This document shows, one piece after another, positions 63,835 through 64,000 of a DNA stretch of 64,000 nucleotides (its first letter is position 1; each line of letters starts with the position of its first letter). Origin of the DNA: Octopus sinensis (lineage: Eukaryota); the NCBI RefSeq assembly GCF_006345805.1, contig NC_043002.1:49042001-49106000 (forward strand). Direction: 5' to 3'. The notes below the pieces were generated by a model. That model did not search any database. It was not told where the DNA came from and saw nothing but the letters and a program-made list of their open reading frames with translations. A program made the position numbers and the translations under genes.

Positions 63835-64000
63835 TCTGCTATAGGCACAAGTTCTGAAATTTTAGGGAAGGGAAATGGTTGATTAAATCGACCCTAATAC
63901 TCAACTGGTACTTATTTTAACAATTCCAAAAGGTCGAAAGGCAAAGTCGACCGCGGGTGGAATTTGAACTTAGAACGTAAAACTAGAAGAAATGCCGTTA
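63835..64000 (-). mobile_element. SINE family B, running off the window end
   Basis: ataggcacaag...tcaactggtacttatttt...ggcaaagtcgaccgcgggtggaatttgaacttagaacg. Confidence 0.7.

Overview
AT-rich animal genomic DNA, most likely an octopus (inferred from my recollection of the SINE/MITE families and the very high microsatellite load; not database-checked). I could not support any intact protein-coding gene. Nearly all ORF-track entries are translations of (TA)n/(CA)n/(TATG)n/(AAT)n microsatellites or SINEs. The window is a mosaic of tRNA-derived SINEs, RTE-LINE 3' remnants (one with a PHD-finger-like insert), a Penelope-like RT fragment, a 5'-truncated R4/Dong-type RLE LINE inside (AAT)n, two copies of an internally deleted Tc1/mariner element and several MITEs. 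The most striking unexplained signal is about ten minimal type I hammerhead-ribozyme-like motifs (CUGANGA-stem II-GAAA-short stem III-UH) in at least four repeat families: (i) a ~590-bp tandem unit with an inverted 5' arm (34978-36022, two hammerheads 592 nt apart; divergent relative at 13561-14229), resembling a Penelope pseudo-LTR or retrozyme; (ii) a tRNA-headed SINE carrying a hammerhead (41510-41770); (iii) a CUGUNGA core-variant family (56229, 48332, 34726); (iv) a family with an AGGA(A)GU stem II loop (8903, 58566). Other features are a near-perfect inverted duplication (54901-55512) beside a promoter-like CpG-rich stretch, and an apparent shift from CpG-depleted to CpG-retaining sequence near 48.7 kb. 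All ribozyme calls are manual motif and base-pairing reads; activity is untested.
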